Assembly: GCF_006345805.1 (NCBI RefSeq)
Contig: NC_043011.1
Coordinates: 34,608,464 to 34,672,463, forward strand
Direction of reading: 5' to 3'
DNA from: Octopus sinensis
Taxonomy: Eukaryota
Length of the DNA stretch: 64,000 bases
The notes below the pieces were generated by a model. It saw only the letters and a list, made by a program, of their open reading frames with translations. It was not told the DNA's origin and did no database searches. Positions 43,865 through 56,300 of this stretch are shown here, piece by piece (positions within the stretch are counted from its first letter, which is position 1; each line of letters begins with the position of its first letter). The position numbers were made by a program, and so were the translations under genes.

Positions 43865-44610
43865 TGCAACCTTTCATGTGCATATTGCTAAATTGGCAAT
43901 GAAATGTAGGCGGCTGACCGGATGGATTCTTAGAACCTTTAGAACAAGAGACCAGGAAACCATGATGGTCCTCTGGAGGACACTTGTCCTAAGCCACTTT
44001 GACTATTGCTCTCAGCTATGGTCACCATCCAGTGTCAAGTTAATCACAGAACTTGAGGCGATCCAACGAAGCTACACGAAGAAGATAGCCTCTGTGCAGC
44101 ATATAAGCTATTGGGAAAGACTCAAGAGATTGAGACTCTATTCCTTAGAGCGTAGGCGAGAAAGATATGCCATAATATACATCTGGAAGATCCTAGAAGG
44201 ACTTGTCCCAAACTTTGGCATCGAGAGTTACACAAATGCCAGAACTGGGCGCCACTGCATAGTACCAAGGACTCCAAATTTGCCATCAAGATGTAGGACA
44301 AGATACTGTGATAGCCTGGGCTTCCGAGGCCCACAGCTCTTCAATATCCTCCCGAAGAACCTAAGAGACCTGCATGGGGTGGATTCAGATGTCTTTAAAA
44401 TGAAACTGGATCTCTTCTTGTCAGGTGTCCCAGATGAACCAACTTCACGGCAGGAGGTGTAGATGAGGGCAGCTGCATCGAACTCTCTCATGCACCAGAT
44501 GGCATTTGCTAAAAAGCATTCGTGAAGTAAAATCATGTAGCAACACCAAATGGCGGTGCCCCAGCATGGCCACAGCTTGTGAGCTGAAACTAAATAAAAT
44601 AAAAAATTAA
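43865..44610 (+). mobile_element. CR1-like LINE 3' fragment (related subfamily)
   Basis: ORF 43878-44462 is homologous to 41032-41664 and has the same ggcggtgccccagcatggcc tail. Confidence 0.9.
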
Positions 44611-44654
44611 AAAAATATAACAAATATATATAATATATACATTATATATATATA

Positions 44655-45008
44655 TTAGCAGTATCGCCCGGCGTAGCTCAGGTTTGTTTCGATCCTTTAG
44701 AATTGGAATTTTTGAAAAGTAAAAATTTTGCATTATGTGGTTTGTTATTCTCTGCAAGTGAACAGCAGTCAAAAACTCGTGAAAAATAGGGGTTTTAATA
44801 GAAAAAAAAAGCACCTTTTTTATGTAAATAATTTTTGGTCTTAACATGGTGTGATTTGATTCTTTTCTTCTACGGAAGGAAGAGCAAGCCTTCTTCTATC
44901 ATACTCTCAATTTTGGTCAACTTCCGCCGCAGGGTCTCGGAGGAGATAGTGTTAGTTGAAGGCTACCAAACCTGCCACACACAGACAACTTCAGCTTTAT
45001 ATATATAG
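44655..45008 (-). mobile_element. Non-autonomous Helitron-like element
   Basis: Reverse complement of 25270-25614. Confidence 0.6.
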
Positions 45009-45948
45009 ACAAGAGAAGAGACCACTCAGTGGATCCCTTATATGCTAAAAATAATATTAATTTCTACTCTTATTATCTTTTATCATGCTTTGCTACCTTT
45101 TATACTATCAGGTTTGGTGAAATTATTCTTAAAATTATTTATTGCTTTTTTAACTACTTTTTTTATTTCTTTATGTTCGATTGAATTAACAGCCAACTCT
45201 CGCGCTTGTATGCACGCGCGCGCGCACACACACACACATATATATATACACACTCACACACGCACACACTCACGCACACACGCACGCACGCATGCACACA
45301 CGCATGCACACGTACATATTATTTCGCAACAGATAACTAATCTTCATATATATGTACAGTCGTTACATGTAAATGTAATCATTAAAACTACTGAGTTGTT
45401 CCCCTTACAACGTATCTATTTCTGAATGCAGAAATATTTTTTTTTAATCACTCTTTTTGCCATAGCAACCACATCTTTATAGCTTACGAATTTTAGCCAT
45501 CGGGGGTCGCATCCTCACTACGCATTTAGTATCACTGCCAATTTTCAGCTCGATCCTAGCACGTCTAGTCCCATTGAATCCTTACTAAAGCCAAAGGGTC
45601 CAAGTTTCTTCCTTTTTCATATAGGTAGATAATATATATATATACAATATACATGATATATATATATAATATATATTATACATATATTTTATATATATAA
45701 TATATTATATATGTATAATATATATTATATAATATAATATATATTATATATTTATAATATATATTATATATATATATATACACATATATATATATAATAT
45801 ATTATATATTTATAATATATATTAAATATATATAATATATATTATATATATTATATATTTATAATATATTTTATATATATATAATATATATTATATATAT
45901 ATAATATATATTGTATATATATATATTCATATATATATAAATATATTG

Positions 45949-45980
<32 letters not shown>

Positions 45981-45984
45981 ATAT

Positions 45985-46050
<66 letters not shown>

Positions 46051-46051
46051 T

Positions 46052-46335
46052 TAGGCGCAGGAGTGGCTGTGTGATAAGTAGCTTGCTAACCACCAACCAC
46101 ATGGTTCCGGGTTCAGTCCCACTGCGTGGCATCTTGGGCAAGTGTCTTCTGCTATAGCCCCGGGCCGACCAAAGCCTTGTGAGTGGATTTGGTAGACGGA
46201 AACTGAAAGAATCCTGTCGTATATATGTATATGTATATGTATGTGTGTGTGTATGTGTGCCTGTGTATGTCTGTGTTTGTCCCCCTAGCATTGCTTGACA
46301 ACCGATGCTGGTGTGTTTACGTCCCCGTCGCTTGG
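46052..46335 (+). mobile_element. Family 2 SINE (3'-truncated)
   Basis: aggcgcaggagtggctgtgtgataagtagcttgc head. Confidence 0.8.
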
Positions 46336-46760
46336 TTGTTTTGCTAAATTTTTCTTGGGAACATTTCTTAGTGGTAAGACCATAGCGGATCTATTTCTAG
46401 CATAAGAGTGACCACATAGTGGTTTCCCTCTAATATGTATATATATATATATAATGAATATTATGATGCTTAATTTAATTTCTATGAGTGGCATAATATC
46501 ACGAAATTTCCATTTGGTTGATCTCGGGATTTGATTGTTTGCTATTTTACCGACACCCTAGGAATGGAAAGCAAAGTCAGTCATAGCAGTATTTGAACTC
46601 AGAACAGGGAGGAGAGTTCCGCCTGGAAACCATTTTCTCCTGTACTCTACTTATTCTATCAATCCGCCGCTGTCTTCAGTGTTGTGGAATCTGTCAATAG
46701 TGATACAACTGATATTGACCATGTTGATGACAACAATCACAGCTCTTCCATCAATGTTTC

Positions 46761-46870
46761 TTAAACGATTATAAAGGTCGACGCAAGAAACAACGCACCG
46801 CTTATGAGAAGGCAGACACCGTTCAGAATGAATCCAAACTTGTAAGAACCAGTGACGTCACGAAGGTAAC
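46761..46870 (-). CDS. MCT-like gene coding exon 5
   Basis: ccacag|gt acceptor; encodes GYLRDVTGSYKFGFILNGVCLLISGALFLASTFIIV*. Confidence 0.88.
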
Positions 46871-49225
46871 CTGTGGAATAATTTAAATAAAACAAACGTT
46901 AATAACACAAAATATATTAAAAATAAAAAAGAAGAAGGTCATTGAAATTATTAGTTCATAACGAGGAATAAATCACAAGAACTGATTTCCTGTGCACGTA
47001 CATGGTAACATATGCTTGTGGAGGAAAAGGTGGAATTATATCGACTGATATCTATTTTGTTGATATCTTGAAATGAGAAAGGCAGAATTAGCTTTGGTAG
47101 GATTCAAACCAGTTTAAAACGCAAATACTTTTATTAGATGGGACTTATCTTAATTTTGTCCCTCTGGAAATTTGATTTGTAGTGACCGAGGAGACTGTGG
47201 AGAACAAGTAAAAAGTAAGTGATAAAATACTTACCTGTAAATGGAAAACTTATTGTTCCAATTATTCCTGAGCCTAATATCATCAAGCCGATTGCATCCG
47301 ACATTCTTTGAGATCCAATAAAATCCACCATCACCGTGTTCGAGATGGAAAAATATATACCACTGGAGATTCCATAGCAAGCGCAATACATTGCGAACAG
47401 AAAGAATTTGGTATAGAATGATACAAAGCAAGCAGCTACTCCATGAGTGATGAGGGTAACGCCAAGCAGTTGAGCTCGGTTCAAAAATTTTCGGTCAGCT
47501 AAGAGAACCATGAGCAGACGACCCACAAAATCGGCCACCCCACCAACTGTAAGAAAAATAACTCCGTCCTCAGAGGACATGTCTAAGTCTACCGCATGAG
47601 CTGGGAAAAATGCTTGTGGCATGGAGGAAGCTGCAGTCCCAAGAATTGTTCCAATGTATACTGAGATGAATTTTTTTTCCCTGAACAGAGTAAAATCTGG
47701 AGCTTCCAAAAGTTTACGAAAATTTCTTCTAAGTCCAACTAATGTTCGTACTAAAAGCGGTTTGGTATCAGTTTCAACGCTGCGATTCTTCATCGTACCA
47801 GAAGAGTTTTCGGTTGAATAAGCATTTTTGCCACCGTCTTTTAAATCGGTTCGTTCTTTAGTTACAAGAGACGACAAAGGTGAGTCCATAGTCGACTCTT
47901 TTGATCCTACTGATTTCAAGCTATCTCTTTCTTTTGAGTCTGTCAAAAACGGAGAGATTTTTCCGTCATCATCTGATTCTAGTTTTATCGATTCGGTTTG
48001 TTTTTCCTCTTTAGCAGTCGTATTTCTTTCATTTAGTTCTACATCGGTAGAACTGGTGACTTTCGAACGTGTTGTTGTGTCATAGTAACTGATGGGGCGT
48101 AGAAGGGCTCCAAAAACAAGGCATTGTAGAAAAATACCAGCATTCAGAAGAAGAGCTCCGCGGACTCCGTAGGTTACTATAAGATAGTTGAGTAAATACG
48201 GAAGAGTGAACTGTCCGACGCTAACACCACAAGCAGATATCGCATTTGCTGTGCCAAGGTAGCGGTTAAAGTAGGTACTCTGCATAACGATGCAAGATCC
48301 GTATATAAAAGCAAGTCCCGCACCTAATATCAGAGCAAGGAAAAGAGAGAAAGAAAAATAGACAAATTATTGTTGTAGTTAATTAGGAATTTTAAAATTG
48401 GCAAAATAAAACATTGTACAATGAATTTCAATATATATATTTGATAGCATGCAGGTAGGGAGAGTACGGTGGTTTAAGTCTGTGCTTGTTATCACTTGGG
48501 AATGGAAAGAAAGTCGATGACCACAGGATTTGAAATTAGAATCTAAGGGACATAACTAGCACGGCATTTTGTCCGACGCTCTTCTGTTTCCAGCTTGTAC
48601 CATTCAAATATTGTTATTATGATGATAATATGGCAAAACGACGAGCTGACAGAATTGTGACCGCATCAGACAAGATGCTTAGCGGCATTTCTTCTGGTTC
48701 TTTACGTAAGTACCGATTGAGCATTGAGCATTGGGGTCGATGTAATCGACTAATCTCTCTCCTAAAATTTCTGACCTTGTGCTAAAGTTTGAAACGATAA
48801 TGATGATAATAAAGCGGCCAGCTGGTAGAATTGTTAGAGTGTCGAACAAAATATGATGTGGTGTTTTTTCTGGCTCTTTGCGTTCTGAGTTCAAATCCCG
48901 CACGCGTCAGTTTTATCACCTTATGCCCGCCTTTTTGGCGCAGATACACTCTTATATTTGCATCTACACATCTTCTTCTTCCTTCCTTCTTAACTCACTC
49001 CACAGAAAGTTTTTCCCTCTTGGTAGCCGTTGCCTATTTCCTCTCCCTTTCTCTCTCTCTCTCTCTAACTGTTCCTATTTCTCTCTAAACTTTTCTCTTT
49101 CTTCTGATGAAGAACTATCCTCCGAAGCAGCAAGACTCTTTCTCTTTCCATCAAAGCGTTAGGCTGATGCATTATTTGTAAAACTTTGTTCCTCCTGTAT
49201 TATCCATTTTTATTGTATATATATA

Positions 49226-49284
<59 letters not shown>

Positions 49285-49503
49285 ATATATATATATTATA
49301 TATATATATATATATGGTCTTTTACTTGTTTCAGTCATTTGACTGTGGCCGTGCTGGAGCACCGCCTTTAGTCGAGTAAATGGACTGTGTAAGCCTAGTA
49401 CTCATTCTATCGGTCTCTTTTGCCGAACCGCTAAGTTACGGGGACGTAAACACACCAGCATCGGTTGTCAAGTGATGTTGGGGTGACAAGCACAGACACA
49501 CAA

Positions 49504-49576
<73 letters not shown>

Positions 49577-51418
49577 TATAATTCTACGACATTTCAAACA
49601 ATTACCTGATTAATTAACTGTTATTACTTTAACCGAATATATCACTTACCATTAAGTAAATGGATGAAGGGTATTACGAATACATCTTTTGAAATAGAAT
49701 CAAAGATGAAAGTTAATGAACAGAGAGTACAGCCACAAATGACGAATGTCCTGAATGAGATGAATTTTGCCAGAAGGTTCATTGCTGCAAATCCTAGAAA
49801 AATAGAATATAAGAGTAAAGTAAAGGCGGAAGGAAGGTTGGAAGGGGGAAATAAAATGAAATAAAGGGAAAGGGGGAGATAGAAAAGGAAAAAAGAGGAG
49901 AAATAGGGAGGAGAATGGAGAAAAAGACGGGGAAAGCGTTTAAGTCAATTCAGCCTTAAACGGCGAATATCATCAATTGATGTTTCGAAACTTTTACACG
50001 GATACAGCCATAACATCGGATGCCCGAGCGCTTACTTTGTCAGATGCGCCTGAGCGTAAACGGCCCTTTTCGATAAGGGGGAAAAATCAAGGTACAAATA
50101 GATTTATGCAGCAATGAAGAAGTTTTTGCTAGCTTCTTTTCATTGAATGATGTAGATGATGATGATGGTGGTGGTGTTTTAGATAGTCCAGAACAAAGTG
50201 TTATTTGTTCACCGATTTTTCTTTATTTATACATTGATTAAAAAGAGACAATGAACAATGTCTAGGAAAAACATTAAGTGAAGCCTAGTAACCATGATCT
50301 AGCAAATGGGACCCTATCTCAGTGAGGGGAGCCGGTGAGCAATAATGCCGTCCAGAAGAAGGCCCTAAAACGGCGATCATTCTCTCCTGGTGACCCCCAT
50401 AAGCCTGCTAGCATCCGGTATGCGGAACTTTCAACAAGCAGCACTTGCATTTGCAAGTTGTTTGTAAAAACTCTAGATAGAATATCATTTTCATAGTCTT
50501 TGTACTAATTTAAAGTGAAAATAAGTATAAAAATGACCCTTAAGAAACAACATATTCATTTTTTTGATTTTTGCCTGTTTGTCATACACATTCATGCAAC
50601 TGTTTCCTGCTGTTTGGGGTTTAGGAAAAAACACATGGATACGAAGAAAGACAATAGACGGGAGAAATGAGTATATGAGGTCTGACTTAGATACAATACT
50701 TCATTACACTTATAGAAGAAAACTAGAGAGCTTTCGTGATGGTCATGCTTTCCTGGAAAATATTGGCCGCCTAAATCTGAAGTGAATAACTTTTAGTCAG
50801 AAATTGAAATGAAACCAGATTACAGACCTGGTTTATCCAGGAGTTTATTTGTTCTCTGGACATAGTTCTCCCTAAAGAAATTATTACACATTGTTGCTGT
50901 TGCTGCTGCTAAATAGCACAAGACAGTCTTGATCCTGGAGCAGACCTGTGATTATTCAAACCGTCGTCGTCGTCATTGTCCGTCATATCGTCATCATCAC
51001 AGGAAGCCATTGTGTCTACTTCTACCTTGTTCTCAGCTAAGCTCACTAATGCTTGTTCATTTAAAAGAAAATATATATGTGAAATGCTGATCAAGTGGAA
51101 TCCCTCACTGTCTTGAGCAATTGAAAAGTGTATACGTCAAAACCTTTAGTGCATCCATCACAACCAGATGCAGTTTTTATAATCCGTTCCTTTAGCCATT
51201 CGAAGATCGAAATTGACGGGAGTGATCATCGTAACATATGACGTCTTAACTGTTATAAATAATCGATCAAATCTTACCTATCATCACGAAACTGTAATGT
51301 CTCAAGTGCTATATCTTATCTCTTATGACTTACCAGTTACGACTGAATGGTTGTGCCTTACGGTTGTGATATCTTGACTGTTACAACAAAATACTAAGAC
51401 TTTACGTAATTTATGTGC

Positions 51419-51488
<70 letters not shown>

Positions 51489-53275
51489 ATGTATGTATGC
51501 ATGTGTAATCAAAACCCGTAATCAAAATTATGGTTTTCAGTAGTAGTCCTGATAAACTTTCGTTTATTTTGCTTCTTAAATAATTAGCTTTTTGCTTGTT
51601 CGTTTTTATAACGTGTGTTTTATTTTCGAATTTCTTCCCCGAAATTCTTAAGAATGTATCCGTTCCTACAACGTTTGTGGTAAACACTTCTTAAGATTGC
51701 GTTCAGAGGACGAAACCATATTGAGTTATTTGTAAACATGTTATTATAACATACGAAATATTATATTTGTAATTGTTAAGCCAAATTATTGACAAAAAGA
51801 CAACAGTCGTAAACCACTTGCAGTCATATATCCTGTTCCATGTTTTCTTATTACTTTGACCACACTGTGTATTTGTTTCCGATTCTGGCATTTAGATCAA
51901 CCATTAATATGACTTTATCGTGATACGAATTTTACTGATAACACTTTGCAATTTAGAGTAGAAAAATGCCACGTAATTGCTCAGTGCTGATAAAGTAGGT
52001 GCATGTGCACTGATAACGTGCATAAATGAAGAATTACCTATGGGTATACGAAATGTAATGAGACACTCATCAACAGCTTGGAGTATGGATGACAACTTAC
52101 GGAGTAAGATGATTGACGGCAAATCCAACACCATGAATTCTTGACTCATCTGCCGGCTTTCCGCTCCAAAAAATGCATAGCTACTACCAACTCCCTACTA
52201 CAGACATTAAGTTACTTGAAACCTTTCATTTGCGCTTGACTGCGCAATATCTGCAACATAAAACGGCAAGATCTGATATCAAATGTCAAAATTTTAGAAA
52301 AATGTGATATGTCCATTATTGAAAGCATGCTGTTGAGAATTCAGTGCGGCTGGGCAGGACATGTTGAAATCAAGATGATCGCATTTCAAAAATTCCTTTG
52401 TATGACCAGTAAGTTGAGGGATTCCGCGGTTAAGTGGTAAGGATAACTGCTAAGGGATAAGGATAAATTGAAACAATCATTAAAATTCCTACGTCTTGGG
52501 GAAGTTATTCTCTAGATCGAGCTAAGTGGCTTAAAATCTCTCATGATGCATCTAAACATTTTGAGTTGAAAACACAGAACAATAATCCTGTAATCAATAA
52601 ATATATTTATCCAATCCCAGGAAAGTCAAAATTATAGTTGTTCCCATTGTGACTCCATTGCAAAATCCCTTCCTGAACTCAAATTACATTCACGTATCCA
52701 TACCAACCTGATGCAGTTTTTATAATCTGTTCCTTTAGCCATTCAGAAATCGAAATTGACGGGAGTGATCATCGTAACACATGACGTCTTAACTGTTATA
52801 AATAATCAATCAAATCTTACCTGTTATCACGAAACTGTAATGTCTCAAGTGCTGTATCTTATCTGTTATGACTTACCAGTTATGACTGAATGGTTGTGCC
52901 TTTCGGTTGTAATATCTTGACTGTTACAACAAAATACTAAGACTTTACGTAATATATGTGCGTGTGTTTGTGTGTGTGTATGTATGTGTATATGTATGTA
53001 TATATATGTATATGTGTATATATATATTTCGTTTTTGGATTTGGTTTGCAAGATTCTTTATAAGAGTTTGTATGTTGAAGCATATTCTGTTGTGTCTGGG
53101 GAGAGTCATTTTCTTTTTGTGCCTTATAATATAACACACTCACCGGTAAAATTTCACTTTTTTTCATTTTTTTAAAAAATTTCTATTTTCCAAAAATTTT
53201 CGTTGCGTCTTGCAACCTTTTTAATAGTTTTGACTCTCATTTTTGACTGTATATATATATATATATATAATATAT

Positions 53276-53322
<47 letters not shown>

Positions 53323-56300
53323 TATATATATCAAATGTAATAGTTAAAGTGTTGTGTGTTGTGTTTTACACGTTATATTCTTACCTGTTATACAATTTGC
53401 AACATATTCTGTACTGAGAATTATTGATATGGCCGATGATGACGCACTGAATAAATGCTGAATTTCCAATAAAAAGATGCCAAAGCTCCGGGCATTACCA
53501 ATCACAATCAACATTAATAATGTGGTAGCTGAAAACAGACAGACGAAAAATCAAACAGCGTTGCTTGGGGAGAAAGAGGGAACATTCAAATCCATTCATT
53601 TATATCTCTCTATATATAAACGGCAGTTTGTCTGTGTGTGTTTCTGTGTGTCTGTTAGGTTGTACCCTCACCCTGACCACGGCTTTCAACCGATTCTGAT
53701 GAAACTTGACACACGCATAGCCCAAATTCATAATTCAAAACTAACGCAGCGAAAATTTTGAAAAGTTCCCCCAGTTCTGAAAAAATTCGATAAATTCGAC
53801 ATGGGGTCGAGAATCAGAAACACAAACCACAGACTGTCTAGGGGACGCAACTCGACCTTTTTAATAAAAAAAAATTACCATCATTTTTTTTCCATTTTTT
53901 TGGCTATAACTCTCTAAAAATGCTTTATAGTTATTTCCCTTACAAACCCGAGCAACGCCGGGCGATACTGCTAGTTAATAAATAAATTGCAATAATAAAT
54001 CTCTGAACGAGGTATAAACAGTAACTGCACGACAATGTGAGGTATACTTGCCATCTCAATATGGCTAACCACTAAGGGTGGGTGTTACTGTAGCTTGTAG
54101 CCCCAGGAGAACATCGTCTCCAGCTGGCTTTAGGCACACTTTCTGTGACCTTATGGTATTTGCAAAGGGAGGTCATCCTTCCCTCGTCAACCTAAGTGAT
54201 ACGCACGGACTGCAGTTTCTAGGTATTGACCTGTCCTCAGCGTAGGTTGACGAGGGAAGGATGACCTCCCTTTGCAAATACCATAAGGGCACAGAAAGTG
54301 TGCCTAAAGCCAGCTGGAGACGATGTTCTCCTGGGGCTACAAGCTACAGTAACACCCACCCTTAGTGGTTAGCCATATTGAGATGGCAAGTATACCTCAC
54401 AATAAATAAATTATTCCTTGTAAATAATTCCTTATAAATTTTCCCTGAATTGTTAGCAATTTCTTTCTCTAAACAGGAATTAGTATTGGTTGAGTGGTTA
54501 AAGTGGTAAATAGAACGTGTTGTAGTTTTCTGTGTGTACGGAGTTCAAATCTTGTCTTAATGGGTGTCAACTTCGCCCTTGGTCTCCTCTTTTAGTGGCG
54601 GTGACCCAGCATGGCCACAGCGTTTGGGCTGAAACGCATAAAAGACGAAAAGAATAAATAGGAAAGTTCTGTGTGTGTGTGTGTGTGTGTGTGAACATGC
54701 TTTAGTAGCTCACGTCTCTCTCTTCGCTATCTCGAATATCTAATAACCACAAACGTCGACTGTTTTCTTAGATTATGTACAGAAATACTTGAAGGGGGCG
54801 GATCTGTTGTTTGTATAGAAAATATCTATTCATCTGATTGTAAATAGTTATTCATCTGATTATAAATATCGAAGTTTACATTCTTTTCTTCAAATTTTCT
54901 GACGAAATTTAGAATTTTTGTCTTTATATTTGCATAAGATGTGCTCGGAAAGATACAGTTAAAAATTCATCTCTTCTAATTATAAGAGAAGTCAAACATT
55001 ATCCGTACTTTCACCATAGCATATCTTTATTATTGTCACACCACCTTCTGTGCATGCGTGCTTATTGTTGTGCAGAAGGCAGTGTGACAGTAATAAAGAT
55101 ATGTAGGGCGGCGAGCTGGCAGTGTGATAATAATAAAGGTATGTAGGGCGGCGAAATACTTAGCGGTATTTCGTCTGCCGTTACGTTCTGAGTTCAAATT
55201 CCGCCGAGGTCCCCTTTGCCTTTCATCCTTTCGGGGTCGATTAATTAAGTACCAGTTACGCACTGGGATCGATATAATCGACTTAATCCGTTTGTCTGTC
55301 CTTGTTTGTCCTCTCTGTGTTTAGCCCCTTGTGGGTAGTAAAGAAATAGGTATTTCGTCTGCCGTTACGTTGTGAGTTCAAATTCCGCCGAGGTCGACTT
55401 TACCTTTCATCCTTTCGGGGTCGATAAATTAAGTACCAGTTACGCACTGGGGTCGATGTAATCGACTTAATCCTTTTGTCTGTCCTTGTTCGTCCCCTCT
55501 ATGTTAAGCCTTTTGTGGGCAATAAAGAAGTAAATAATAAAGATTTGTTATGGCGAAAGTGCGGATAATTTTTTTTATTTCCTCTTGTTAGTTAGTTAGT
55601 TAGTTAGTTAGTTAATTTGGCTCAAAAGCAAATAGCAAGGCCATGTAGGGGGACATGGAGTTAAGTACAGGGTGGTGTTCATGTAAAGAGTTCAGGCCAC
55701 TTGAGGTCCAGGGAGGCTTTGAACAAAGCGGTCGTCGGCATCTTCACCATCTCGTCTGGCAGCCTGTTCCACGGATCCGCAACCCGGACGGAGAAAGTCC
55801 TCTCCTTCGATTGAGATGAAATCGTCGCAGGTAGAGCTTTTCGGAATGACCCCGCAGCCGACGCTCCGGAGCAGGAGTGAAGAACAGCTCTTTCGAGAGG
55901 TTACACTTCCCGCTTATGATGTTGTGGGCGAGAATGAGATCACCACGGCGGCGGCGTTTTTCAAGAGAATAAAGGTCGAGCGTCCTCAGCCTTTCTTCGT
56001 AGGACAAATTTTTGAGACCATGAACCATGCGGGTAGCCAGCCTCTGGACTCTTTCGAGGTGCTGTATGTCTTTGAGGAGATAAGGAGAAGAGGCTTGAAT
56101 CCCATACTCCAATATGGATCTCACCAGCGTGACATAGAGTGGCAGGAATATGGCTGCTGTGAGCATTCCGAATGACCGTCGAATCAAAAACAGAATTCCG
56201 CGCGCTTTGTTGGCAGCATGGACGCACTGGGCCGAAGGCGAAAAGGAGGAATCCACCAAGATACCCAGGTCCTTTACCTGATCGGTCCTCTCCAGCAGCA

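Noticed and set aside
47134-48285. Single-exon 383-aa transporter as given by the ORF track
   Set aside because: It is an internal exon. Splice sites and the missing N-terminal helices are accounted for by four other exons.
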